From assembly GCA_963816145.1 (NCBI GenBank), contig CAWFJP010000003.1, positions 160,001 through 224,000 on the forward strand: a stretch of 64,000 nucleotides of DNA, given 5' to 3'. Below are positions 41,191 through 50,197 of the stretch, piece by piece. The DNA comes from an uncultured delta proteobacterium (GTDB taxonomy: Bacteria; Desulfobacterota; Binatia; UBA9968). The first letter of the stretch is position 1. Every line of letters begins with the position of its first letter. Under the pieces are notes generated by a model that had not been told where the DNA came from, searched no databases, and worked only from the letters and a program-made list of their open reading frames with translations. A program made the translations under genes and the position numbers.

Positions 41191-41714
41191 GCGCGAAACC
41201 AGACTGCATCGAAATGTCCGTCGGCGGATTGACCCTCGACCCGGTGACCAAGACGCCGATCGTGATTCTCAAAGACACGGAAAATAAACTCAATTTGCCG
41301 ATCTGGATCGGCCTGTTGGAAGCGACCGCCATGGCCACCGAAATCGAGGGCATCGCCATGGCCCGGCCGATGACCCATGATTTGCTCAAGACGCTGTTGG
41401 CCGAAGTCGGCTGCACGGTGCAGTCGATCGAGATCACCGAGCTCAAAGAAAACACTTACTATGCTGCGATAAATCTATCGGTCTCTGGGGGTCGCCAGTT
41501 GGTGCTCGACTCGCGCCCGAGCGATGCCATCGCATTGGCGCTGCGGGCCAAATGTCCCATCTATGTCGCCAAGGCGGTGCTGGAAGCTTCCAGCGTCTTG
41601 CAGCAGGACGAAAGCAAAGATGTGCCCGTGGAGAACGTCTCCAACGTATCCCAAGAAAAATGGGGTGAGATTCTCGAAAAAATGACCCCAGACGATTTCA
41701 AGTACAAGCAGTAA
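41187..41714 (+). CDS. Bifunctional nuclease family protein (DUF151)
   Basis: LPIWIG..EA, RPMTHDL, DSRPSDAIALA. Confidence 0.92.
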   Translation: MSAKPDCIEMSVGGLTLDPVTKTPIVILKDTENKLNLPIWIGLLEATAMATEIEGIAMARPMTHDLLKTLLAEVGCTVQSIEITELKENTYYAAINLSVSGGRQLVLDSRPSDAIALALRAKCPIYVAKAVLEASSVLQQDESKDVPVENVSNVSQEKWGEILEKMTPDDFKYKQ

Positions 41715-41785
41715 GGTCCCTTCGTGCCGCTCTATCATTAGTTCAAGTTATAGTTGAGAAATCATCTGATTTTCGCACCAAATAC

Positions 41786-42478
41786 ATGGCTACATCGCAT
41801 ACTCGAAGAATCACCCGCAAAGAACTTCGCCAGCCCGACCGATTTCAGATCGCCACCGAACAGGCGCTGGAATTCTATCAGTCCCACCAGAACTTAGTTT
41901 TCGCCGCCATCGGCGCGTTGGTGCTGATCGGTGTAGTGATTTTGGGTTGGCAGATGTTTAAGGAGCGGCAAAATACCGCGGCGGCTCAGGAGTTCACCAA
42001 CGCGACGGAACTTTATCAAGCTGAAAAGTATCGCGAAGCGCTGGCGGCCTTTGAAAAGGTCGAAAAGTACCGCTGGTCTCGTTACGCCGGCTTGGCTTAT
42101 CTGTACCAAGCCAACAGCCAAATTGCTCTCGGCGAATTGGATAAGGCTCTAAGCTCGGCGCAGCGTGCCGTCACGGCCAGCACACCCAATACGTTGTACC
42201 GCCAGTTGGCGCTGATGGCCCTGGCGAATGCTGCGGAACAAAAGAACGATTGCCGCCAAGCCATCGAGCCTTATAACGAAGCGCATAAGATCGCCGCGGC
42301 ACAACAAGCCGAAGCATTGCTCGGTAAAGCGCGCTGCTTGGAGAAGACCGGCGACGCCGCCGGGGCATTGGTTGCGTACAAGGAATATGTGAAAGACCAG
42401 CCGGGTTCGATTATAAGCGCGAAAATTGCCGAGCTTGAGAGCGTCAAGGGTGTACCGCCGGCGCCAGCGGCTAAATAG
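41786..42478 (+). CDS. Membrane-anchored TPR protein (YfgM-like)
   Basis: RKELRQPD, single TM helix, TPR-like repeats. Confidence 0.75.
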   Translation: MATSHTRRITRKELRQPDRFQIATEQALEFYQSHQNLVFAAIGALVLIGVVILGWQMFKERQNTAAAQEFTNATELYQAEKYREALAAFEKVEKYRWSRYAGLAYLYQANSQIALGELDKALSSAQRAVTASTPNTLYRQLALMALANAAEQKNDCRQAIEPYNEAHKIAAAQQAEALLGKARCLEKTGDAAGALVAYKEYVKDQPGSIISAKIAELESVKGVPPAPAAK

Positions 42479-42491
42479 CCGCATCTAGTTA

Positions 42492-42519
42492 ACGTCTGAT
42501 AAGATATATTATGTAAACT
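42492..42519 (+). other. dif: dif site (XerC/XerD chromosome dimer resolution)
   Basis: ACGTCTGATAA-GATATA-TTATGTAAACT, 11-6-11 layout; XerD arm resembles E. coli TTATGTTAAAT; intergenic between convergent genes; gene-strand bias flips here. Confidence 0.8.
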
Positions 42520-42639
42520 TTATAGTGGAGGCTCTACCCGAGGTTCTTATGGCCTGAACCGCCGGCACAACTCAATCTCTACTAACTCAATTCTGTTCAA
42601 TCTCCTCTTCCGATATTCATCCATTCAGGCAATTCCGCG

Positions 42640-43638
42640 CTACCGCTTCGATAGTTGATCGATAAAGCCGCTGTCGTCGAGTTTCTTGAGCATCGACTGA
42701 TTGATAACCATCTCCGGTTTGATCTTAGCGACGAGCGGGTCCGATTCGGCGATAAATTCGATCATAGATGCGATGCCGGCAACGTCGACATAAGGTTTGG
42801 CCGTCAGCACTTTAATCGCTGACTGGTAATGCTCCTCAGCTTTGTCGATGCGGTCCAATCGCAAGTATTTGGCGATGATTTGCTTGACCCGCTCCTTATT
42901 GCGCGGGTCGAGGCTGAAACTGTTGCCGGCGACGATACCCTTGAGCGCACGCTCGACAAACTCCGGGTCGGTTTTGAGGGTGCGCTCGCGAATGCTCATG
43001 GTTTGCTGCGGATATGGGATTGGCAATTCGGTGAAGTCGGCCAGGATTAAATTGCCGCGCTCCTTGAGCGTCGGTCCGAGACCGGGATTGACGATGATCG
43101 CATCGCTGCCGCCGGATTGGAGCGAGCCGACCCGCGCCGCTTGATTGCCCAACTGGAGGATCGTAATGCGGTCGCGCCGGGCATCGAGCCCCCAGTGCTT
43201 CAAGCCAAGCAACACGGCATGATAAGAGGCCGTGCCGGCTTGGGCCGCGCCAATCCGTTTCCCTTTGAGATCTTCCGGTTTCTTAATCGTTGCGGAAGTC
43301 ACTAGGATATAGTTCATTTTGTTGACGACGCCGGCGAACATGGTCAAGTCGGCGCCGCGCGCCCGCGCGCTGATCACCGGCTGGCCCGACATGCCCATGA
43401 TGGGAATATCGCCGGAGATCAAAGCCTGGGCGCCGCGAGTGCCGCCTTCGATCAAGATCAAATCAGGCTCGCTGCCGTAGCGTTTAAATAGCCCCTCATC
43501 TTTGGCCACCCACAGAGGCGTCTGATTGGAACTAAATGAAGAATAGCCGAGCAGAAACTTGGTTTGCGCGTTGGCGAGATTCGGCAGAATAGCCAACGCG
43601 ACCAGAAGTAGATCCCGAATAAATTTTTTCATCGACAT
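42640..43638 (-). CDS. ABC substrate-binding protein, SsuA/NMT1/THI5-like
   Basis: Signal ANA-Q; WVAKDEGLF; DLKGKRIG; LDDSGFID. Confidence 0.88.
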   Translation of the reverse strand: MSMKKFIRDLLLVALAILPNLANAQTKFLLGYSSFSSNQTPLWVAKDEGLFKRYGSEPDLILIEGGTRGAQALISGDIPIMGMSGQPVISARARGADLTMFAGVVNKMNYILVTSATIKKPEDLKGKRIGAAQAGTASYHAVLLGLKHWGLDARRDRITILQLGNQAARVGSLQSGGSDAIIVNPGLGPTLKERGNLILADFTELPIPYPQQTMSIRERTLKTDPEFVERALKGIVAGNSFSLDPRNKERVKQIIAKYLRLDRIDKAEEHYQSAIKVLTAKPYVDVAGIASMIEFIAESDPLVAKIKPEMVINQSMLKKLDDSGFIDQLSKR

Positions 43639-43689
43639 CCTCGCGCGACGCCCAAAGATTGTATTCTTTGGATTCCCGGACTTTCCGAT

Positions 43690-44781
43690 TCAGGGATGAA
43701 CGTCTTGAGTAAACCACTCCCCAGGCACTTCGCGCCCCAAGCCTTTCGCGATCGCCGCGTCGTAAACCTTTTTACCGACGGCGGCGAACTGTGCGCCCAT
43801 GCCGATGTTGTTGACGAAGCCGGTGATTTGCCGATCGTTCTCGCGCCCCTTGATGCGGCCGATCAGAAGATCCGAAAGCGTTGGCAACGACTGCCAATCG
43901 ATGGAACGCGACGTCGGATGATCGCGCAGCTTAAAGTCGTCGCGCTCGAAATGGGCCAGTGCCGACGATGTCACGTTGTTTTCCGTCGAATGGGTGTGCA
44001 GCACCAGCGGCTGGCAGGCCATCAGCGCTTGGTCATCGAACTCATCGCGTTGCATGGCACTGATATGCAAGCCCTCGCGCAGCGCCCATTTGCCAAGAAA
44101 CGGCGTGCGCGCGTTGGTCGAGGTAATCAGGATATCGACATCCTTGGCCGCAGCCTCGTAAGAATCCACCGGGACGATCTCGACGCCGGTTTTTTCGCTG
44201 GTTTCCTTGGCGAAATTTTCCCGATTGGCTTTGGTCGGACTATAAACTTTGATGTGCTTGACCTGGCGCGCTTCACACACGGCTAACACTTGCGTGCCGG
44301 CTTGCCAGCCCGAACCGATCAAGCCGACGGTTTCGGCATTTGCCCGCGCCATGTACTTGGTTGACACGCCGTTGGCCCCGCCGACACGGAAGCGTTGCAA
44401 CACGCCGTCGTTCATCACCGCCAGCAACTCGCCGTTGGCCGAGCTGAAAAGCAAGATAATGCCCATCCAGCGCTGTCCGGGCAGCATCGGTAATTTCTCC
44501 CGGCGCATGCCGCCGCCGGTGTCGCGCCAAGCGACAATGTCGGAGGAAAAACGCAGCGCCGCGGTGCCGAAGTGCGGGCTCGCGCCGCTCATGCTTTTCA
44601 AATAATGCGCCATCGGCCCCTCGGCACTTTGCGCCGCGGCCGTTGGACTATGAACATCGGAACGCGGCGCGGTCACGGCGGCCCCCTGCCCCATTTCACG
44701 ATAGAGAATCTCCAACGCCTCCATCGTATCCTTCATGGTGATTACCTGATCGACTTCATCGTTGTTGAGAAATAATGGCAT
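43690..44781 (-). CDS. Ornithine cyclodeaminase / mu-crystallin family protein
   Basis: LFLNNDEV, LIGSGWQA NAD-binding motif, VYSPT, GLGRE. Confidence 0.88.
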   Translation of the reverse strand: MPLFLNNDEVDQVITMKDTMEALEILYREMGQGAAVTAPRSDVHSPTAAAQSAEGPMAHYLKSMSGASPHFGTAALRFSSDIVAWRDTGGGMRREKLPMLPGQRWMGIILLFSSANGELLAVMNDGVLQRFRVGGANGVSTKYMARANAETVGLIGSGWQAGTQVLAVCEARQVKHIKVYSPTKANRENFAKETSEKTGVEIVPVDSYEAAAKDVDILITSTNARTPFLGKWALREGLHISAMQRDEFDDQALMACQPLVLHTHSTENNVTSSALAHFERDDFKLRDHPTSRSIDWQSLPTLSDLLIGRIKGRENDRQITGFVNNIGMGAQFAAVGKKVYDAAIAKGLGREVPGEWFTQDVHP

Positions 44782-44798
44782 ATCGTCCTCGAAAGATT

Positions 44799-44893
44799 TC
44801 CCCTCGCCCGCTTGCGGGAGAGGGCTAGGGTGAGGGTTTTTTGAGAATTGATCGAATCAGCCCTCACCTCAATCCTCTCCCAAAGGGAGAGGA
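44799..44893. repeat. Family E hairpin repeat pair
   Basis: CCCCTCGCCCGCTTGCGGGAGAGGGCTAGGGTGAGGG ... CCCTCACCTCAATCCTCTCCCAAAGGGAGAGG. Confidence 0.8.
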
Positions 44894-44904
44894 CTTTAAA
44901 TTCA

Positions 44905-46008
44905 TTAATCCCTGATATCTTGTAAGAACCACTCCGTCGGCAGCTCACGGCCGAGGCCGCGTGCTTTGGCCAACTCATAAACTTTCCCGGCCACGGAAAA
45001 AAATTGCGCGCCTTGAATGTTGCCGCGCTCGGAGTACGTCACCTGCTGGTCCGATGTTCGTCCTTGCTTAGTACCCCTCAGTATTTCAGAGAAAAATACC
45101 GCGCGATCTTCGGCGATCACTCCATGACCGCGGTTGCCGGCTCGTTTCATTTGAAAGCCGGCATGGTCTTTCGGCTTGGCGGCATAGGTAATATATTCAT
45201 CGGCGAGGCCGAACTCGGGCAGGCCCCAGGGCGCCGGTGCCGTACCGAGTCGCAATGAGACGTCGATTCGCTTCAAGGTGTCGTCGTCCGGTTTTCCGCC
45301 GACGCAGGTGACATGAGTCCCCTCCTCCAGCCATTTGCCGATCACGATCGGCACGGCGGAATCAGTGCAGCCGGCGACGATATGTGCGCCTTTATATACA
45401 TCCTGCGGGTGACTCATCGGCACAACTTCGAGGCCGTACTCTGTGCTGATTTCCTTAGCATAGGCTTCGCGATTAGCCTTGGTCGGACTGTAGACTTGAA
45501 TCTTTTTGAGATTGGGACGGGCCTGCAAAAACGACTCGACATGGGAACGCGCCATGCCGCCGGAACCGATCATGCCGACCACCGTGGCATCTTGGCGCGC
45601 CATGTACTTGGCGCCGATGCCGGAGTCAGCTCCGACTCGCATATGCTGCAAATAGCCGTCGTTGATCATCGCCAGCGGTTCGCCGTTCTCGATGCTATTC
45701 AACATGATCAACCCGCAAAAACTACCCGGGCGCACGCAGTATTTTTCCTGAGTAATAGCGCCTTGATACTCCTGCTCATAGATCACGTCAGATTTCATGC
45801 GGATGGCGAAGTAGCCCGACATGGAGCCGCCTTCCATGGTGCCCCACTGATAGATCTTGTCCGGATCGCTAGTGGGAATCTGAAGATCGATGCGTGGCCG
45901 GCAGACGGCTTCCTGGCGCGCCAACTCCCGATAGGCCTGGTCCAGCGCATTCATGGTCAGTTCCATGGTCAGCACTTGTTTGACATCATCGTTATTGAGA
46001 AAAAGCAT
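44905..46008 (-). CDS. Ornithine cyclodeaminase / mu-crystallin family protein
   Basis: LFLNNDDV, MIGSGGMA, VYSPTKANRE, GLGRELP.EWF.QD; paralog of 43690. Confidence 0.88.
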   Translation of the reverse strand: MLFLNNDDVKQVLTMELTMNALDQAYRELARQEAVCRPRIDLQIPTSDPDKIYQWGTMEGGSMSGYFAIRMKSDVIYEQEYQGAITQEKYCVRPGSFCGLIMLNSIENGEPLAMINDGYLQHMRVGADSGIGAKYMARQDATVVGMIGSGGMARSHVESFLQARPNLKKIQVYSPTKANREAYAKEISTEYGLEVVPMSHPQDVYKGAHIVAGCTDSAVPIVIGKWLEEGTHVTCVGGKPDDDTLKRIDVSLRLGTAPAPWGLPEFGLADEYITYAAKPKDHAGFQMKRAGNRGHGVIAEDRAVFFSEILRGTKQGRTSDQQVTYSERGNIQGAQFFSVAGKVYELAKARGLGRELPTEWFLQDIRD

Positions 46009-46050
46009 TTTGTTCCTCTACGATTGACTCAAATTTTTGCAATGGTTGAT

Positions 46051-46134
46051 TTCCACCACGAAGACACGAAGGGCACGAAGGTATCGAAGGAAAAATTTTC
46101 CGAACTTCGTGCTCTTCGTGTCCTTCGTGGTGAA
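46051..46134. repeat. Family C hairpin repeat (intact)
   Basis: CACCACGAAGACACGAAGGGCACGAAG ... CTTCGTGCTCTTCGTGTCCTTCGTGGTG. Confidence 0.85.
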
Positions 46135-46147
46135 TTTCCCGAATATT

Positions 46148-47167
46148 CTATGGAGCGCGACCCCATAGCTTGGTGAAAAAACCCTCGTCGACCAACTCCT
46201 GCACCAGACTATTATCGTAGAACTGCGCCGGCTTGGCTTGCTTCGCCTTGGCATTGGTGCGCGCGATCTCATCGAGGGTTACTTGAAATCCCGCAGCTTT
46301 CACGAACGGCACTTTCTCCATGAATTCGTAGCCGTACTTCAGCGTGGCTTCCAAAATTTTCTGGTCCTGGACTTTGGTGTACTTTTGGAAGATCTTCAAG
46401 CTGTCTTCTTTACGGTTGTAGAGAAAATGCATCGAGCGCGCGTAGGCGCGCATGAAAGCTTTGGCTTGCAGCCGATGTTCCTTGATAAAACGCTTGGTGG
46501 TCGTGATGCTCAAGTGGACGAACGGAATCTCGTCCTTGACCATGTTGGCGAGCAGCCGCGCGCCCTGTTGCTCGGCCACCGCGGCCATCGGTTGCGACAT
46601 GGCGGCTGCGGCGATGAGTTTTTTCGACAGCGCCGCGGCGATTTCCGGCTGGCCGCCGATCTGCACGAAAGCGACATCTTTGTTGGCTTCAAGCCCATAC
46701 TTGGCGAGAAACATGCGCGTGCCAAAATCGGACGCCGCGCCGAAGCGCGAGATGCCCACCGATTTGCCCTTGAGATCGGCGATGGTTTTTATCTCGGGAG
46801 TGGCCATCATGTAAAACGGCACGATGTTGACCACCGCGCCAATAGAAACTAAATCGCCGCCGGCCAATCCGGAATCGGCGACCACCTGGCTGTTTTGCGC
46901 GCTGATCGCAATATCGCCGGCTAACGTCGCCTTCGCCGCGGTCGGCGAACTCAGGATAAATATCGTATCGACGTCCAAGCCTTCCTGTTTATAAAGGCCG
47001 GCTTCCGGCATGATCCAAAAAGGCGAATTAAAGGCGCTCACCGAGGTCCAGGCGATGACCAGTTTCTGCGCGGCGACCGGAGCGCCATACAAAACCAGCA
47101 TCAAGATAGCGACGGCGCATGCCCTGATCAAACCCCGAACACAATCACGAACACGCAATCTTGTCAC
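46148..47167 (-). CDS. ABC substrate-binding protein, SsuA/NMT1/THI5-like
   Basis: GTGA overlap with upstream paralog; KQEGLD; DLKGKSVG; LVDEGFF. Confidence 0.87.
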   Translation of the reverse strand: MTRLRVRDCVRGLIRACAVAILMLVLYGAPVAAQKLVIAWTSVSAFNSPFWIMPEAGLYKQEGLDVDTIFILSSPTAAKATLAGDIAISAQNSQVVADSGLAGGDLVSIGAVVNIVPFYMMATPEIKTIADLKGKSVGISRFGAASDFGTRMFLAKYGLEANKDVAFVQIGGQPEIAAALSKKLIAAAAMSQPMAAVAEQQGARLLANMVKDEIPFVHLSITTTKRFIKEHRLQAKAFMRAYARSMHFLYNRKEDSLKIFQKYTKVQDQKILEATLKYGYEFMEKVPFVKAAGFQVTLDEIARTNAKAKQAKPAQFYDNSLVQELVDEGFFTKLWGRAP

Positions 47168-48153
47168 GGCATCTTCCCCCACAATTTCACATAAAACCCT
47201 TCGTCAATCAGTTCCTGGACCAAACTGTTATCGTAGAACTGTTCCGGTCTGGCGCTCTTAGCTTTGGGATTTTTCTTGGCGATGTCGTCAAGCGTGATCT
47301 GAAATCCGGCCGGCTTCACCAGCGGCACCTTTTCGATGAAATCATAGCCATAGGTCATACTGCCATCGAGCATGCCTTGATCTTTGATCTTGGTGTACTT
47401 GGCGATGATCGCTTTGGCGTCTTCTTTTCTCGTGTGCATGAAATGGACGGCGCGGCCGTAGGCGCGCAGGTAGGCCTTCGCTTGGGCGCGCCGTTCGCGG
47501 ATGAACTTGCGCGTCGTGGTCACCCCAACATGGAGAAACGGGATATTTTCTTTCGCCAGATTCGCCAACTGATGCGCTCCACCCTGCTGTGCGACATAGG
47601 CCATCGGTTGGGAAAAAGCCGAAGCCTGGACGGTGCGCTTGCCCATCGCCGCGGCGATTTCCGGCAGACCGCCAAGCTGAATCATGGGCACGTCTTTCAC
47701 CGGCTCCAAGCCGTATTTAGTTAGAAACATCCGCATGCCGACATCGCCCGACGAGCCGAAGCGCGTAACCCCGACGGTTTTGCCCTTCAGATCGGCGATG
47801 GTTTTGATCTCCGGCGTTGCCATGATGTAGAAAGCGACGACGTTCGTGATGCCGCCCATCGCCACCAGATCACCGCCCTGCAGTCCAACATCGGCGATCA
47901 CCTGGCCGTTGGCCGGCGAGATCACCACCTCGCCGGCGAGGGTCGCCTGCGCCACCGTCGACGAACTGGGAATGTAAACCAGCTCGGTATCGAGCCCTTC
48001 TTGCTTGGCAAAACCGACGTCTTGAATGATCCAGAAGGTTGCATTAAGCGTGCTGATCGACGAGTAAGCGTGAACGAATTTCTGCGAATGCGCTGAGCTG
48101 GGTAAAATCAACAGAGCAACTGCGATCAAGATGATAGCTATCTTATGAGTCAT
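47164..48153 (-). CDS. ABC substrate-binding protein, SsuA/NMT1/THI5-like (tandem paralog)
   Basis: AGGA + ATG at 48153; signal AHS-Q; very similar to 46148. Confidence 0.87.
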   Translation of the reverse strand: MTHKIAIILIAVALLILPSSAHSQKFVHAYSSISTLNATFWIIQDVGFAKQEGLDTELVYIPSSSTVAQATLAGEVVISPANGQVIADVGLQGGDLVAMGGITNVVAFYIMATPEIKTIADLKGKTVGVTRFGSSGDVGMRMFLTKYGLEPVKDVPMIQLGGLPEIAAAMGKRTVQASAFSQPMAYVAQQGGAHQLANLAKENIPFLHVGVTTTRKFIRERRAQAKAYLRAYGRAVHFMHTRKEDAKAIIAKYTKIKDQGMLDGSMTYGYDFIEKVPLVKPAGFQITLDDIAKKNPKAKSARPEQFYDNSLVQELIDEGFYVKLWGKMP

Positions 48154-48283
48154 ATTCGTCCTATTCGTCTGATTCTTTGAAATAGCAGTCGTACCGGCAG
48201 GCCCGGAAACTGTCAAGCCTGGTAGATATTGGCTTGCAACCGAAATGCGTCTGTCCTATGGTCCGGCTGAAAGCGGACACTCT

Positions 48284-49477
48284 ATGAGCATAACCAATAA
48301 AGCAGCAATCGTTGGCATCGGCGATACGCCGACGGATCGCTTGGGCTCCAAGCCCGGCGAACCGCGCAAATCGAGCGCCGAGTATTTATCCTGGGCCATG
48401 CATCTCGCGCTGGAAGACGCGGGCTTGAGCCTCAAGGACTTTCAGGGACAGGGGCTCGGCGTAACCATTCCGACCGCCTACCCGCAACCGTTCTGGCCCG
48501 AAGAAGTGAGCGAGATCCTCGGCATCACACCCGGCTTCTTGCTCGGCGGCGCCACTGGCGGCGCCGGTGCCGTGTCGCTCATCGGCGGCATGAGCGCGGC
48601 GATCAATTCCGGATTGATCGATCTCGCGTTGGTGCTCGGCGCGGCCGCGCCGTTCTCCGAACATTGGAGCGGCGGAATCCAGCCCGGCGACATGCGCGAT
48701 TGGGAGATCCCCTACGGCACCATGGGGCCCAACAGCAAGATCGCCATGGTTATGCGCCGCCATATGCATGAATACGGCACGACCCTCGATCATCTGGGCA
48801 AGATCGCCGTCACCGCGCGCTACCATGCAAGCTTGAACCCGCTCGGCTACCTGCGCACGCCGATGACCATCGACGATTACAAGAACTCACGTTTAGTTGC
48901 CGACCCGGTGCGCTTGTTCGATTGCGTCATGCCGGCCAACGGCGGCAAAGCGTATATCTTGGCCTCCCCCGAGCGCGCTAAATCTCTGCGCAAGAAGCCA
49001 GTATGGGTCAAGGGATTCGGCGAGCGCAGCAATCCGTCGTATGGGCCGCGCGCCGGCTCCGATGCGCTAGTGATGGGCGTCAAAGACGCCGGTCGAGTCG
49101 CCATGGAAATGGCCGGCGTCAAACATAAAGACATCAATTTTCTCCAACTCTACGACGATTACGTGATCGTCGTTTACTTGCAGATCGAAGATCTGGGCTT
49201 TTGCCAGAAAGGCGATCTCAAGTTCTTCGAGAACACCGACTTTACTTTCAAAGGCCAGCTGCCGATCCAGACCGGCGGCGGCATCATCAACTGCGGCCAA
49301 CCCTCCACCGCCGGCGGCGTGCATCATATCCTCGAGGGCGTGCGCCAGTTGCGCGGCGAAGGCGGCGACCGCCAAGTGCCCAACGCCAAGATCGGCTTGA
49401 TCTCCGGTTTGGGCGTGCTCCCCTACGGCAAAAATCTTGGCTGCTGCGCGGTAGCCATTTTAGGAAACGAAGTGTAA
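48284..49477 (+). CDS. Thiolase-superfamily protein (SCP2/Ltp2-like, lacks the canonical nucleophile Cys)
   Basis: AIVGIG, HASLNP, PVRLFDC, LYDDY, TGGG, VRQLRGE. Confidence 0.88.
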   Translation: MSITNKAAIVGIGDTPTDRLGSKPGEPRKSSAEYLSWAMHLALEDAGLSLKDFQGQGLGVTIPTAYPQPFWPEEVSEILGITPGFLLGGATGGAGAVSLIGGMSAAINSGLIDLALVLGAAAPFSEHWSGGIQPGDMRDWEIPYGTMGPNSKIAMVMRRHMHEYGTTLDHLGKIAVTARYHASLNPLGYLRTPMTIDDYKNSRLVADPVRLFDCVMPANGGKAYILASPERAKSLRKKPVWVKGFGERSNPSYGPRAGSDALVMGVKDAGRVAMEMAGVKHKDINFLQLYDDYVIVVYLQIEDLGFCQKGDLKFFENTDFTFKGQLPIQTGGGIINCGQPSTAGGVHHILEGVRQLRGEGGDRQVPNAKIGLISGLGVLPYGKNLGCCAVAILGNEV

Positions 49478-49482
49478 CGACC

Positions 49483-49911
49483 ATGGCTGAACTCGATGTA
49501 AGAAAACCCTTGCCGGCGATCACCAGCGAAGCGAAAGCCTTTTGGGACGCCGCGGCGCAACAGAAACTGACCATCCAACGCTGCCAGGATTGCCGCGCCT
49601 GGGTCTGGACGCCGCGCCCGTCATGCAACGAATGCGGCAGTGAGAAAGTCGAATGGACGCCGATGAGCGGCAAAGGCGAAGTCTATTCCTTCACCGTCAT
49701 CCGCCAAGTGGTCGGCCGCGCCGCTTCGAAATCCTTCGAGCCGGACATCCCTTATGTGATCGCCTGGGTGGATTTAGAAGAAGGCCCCCGCCTGATCACC
49801 AACATCGTCGGCTGCCCGGTCGAGGATGTGAAACTCGGCATGAAAGTGACCGTGCAGTTCGATAAGGCCTCCGAAAAGATCTGGCTGCCGAAGTTCGGAC
49901 CGGCGGCTTAA
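49483..49911 (+). CDS. DUF35 Zn-ribbon/OB-fold protein
   Basis: FWDA, QRCQDC, PRPSCNEC, GEVYSFT, PYVIAWVDLEEG. Confidence 0.92.
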   Translation: MAELDVRKPLPAITSEAKAFWDAAAQQKLTIQRCQDCRAWVWTPRPSCNECGSEKVEWTPMSGKGEVYSFTVIRQVVGRAASKSFEPDIPYVIAWVDLEEGPRLITNIVGCPVEDVKLGMKVTVQFDKASEKIWLPKFGPAA

Positions 49912-49991
49912 TCGCTGTCGAAAGCCCAGATTTGGTTTAAGTCAGTTTTGGAAATAGTCGAAACGTTTCACATTTTGGGAAACCACCTGTG

Positions 49992-50099
49992 AGTCTTGGC
50001 GGCACAGAGCTTGCCCCGGACTCGATCCGAGGCCGGCATCCATCTTCTTCATCGAATCAACGGTCTAAGACTGGATACCGGCCTCCGCCGGTATGACGG
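49992..50099. repeat. Family B REP doublet with a GCTTGCCCCGGACTCGATCCG insertion
   Basis: GGCCGGCATCCA ... TGGATACCGGCCTCCGCCGGTATGACGG; the same inserted motif occurs near 4606. Confidence 0.7.
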
Positions 50100-50197
50100 A
50101 ATTGGATCAACTTGGTTGGCTGTCAGTGCCGAGTGACAGAATTGCCGCTCCATGTCCAAGCCTCTTTCGCCGACAACCCGCCAACTCCACCCATTGG

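Noticed and set aside
42520-42639. Xer-integrated mobile element next to dif
   Set aside because: No second dif-like site, replication gene or phage gene on either side.
46051-46134. 9-mer and 7-mer periodic repeats as a CRISPR array
   Set aside because: No constant 23-47 bp repeats with unique spacers and no cas genes; they are inverted hairpin arms.
48188-48216. sigma70 promoter TTGACA-17-TACGAC for SBP 47164-48153
   Set aside because: Perfect -35 but poor -10; plausible but not supportable by eye.
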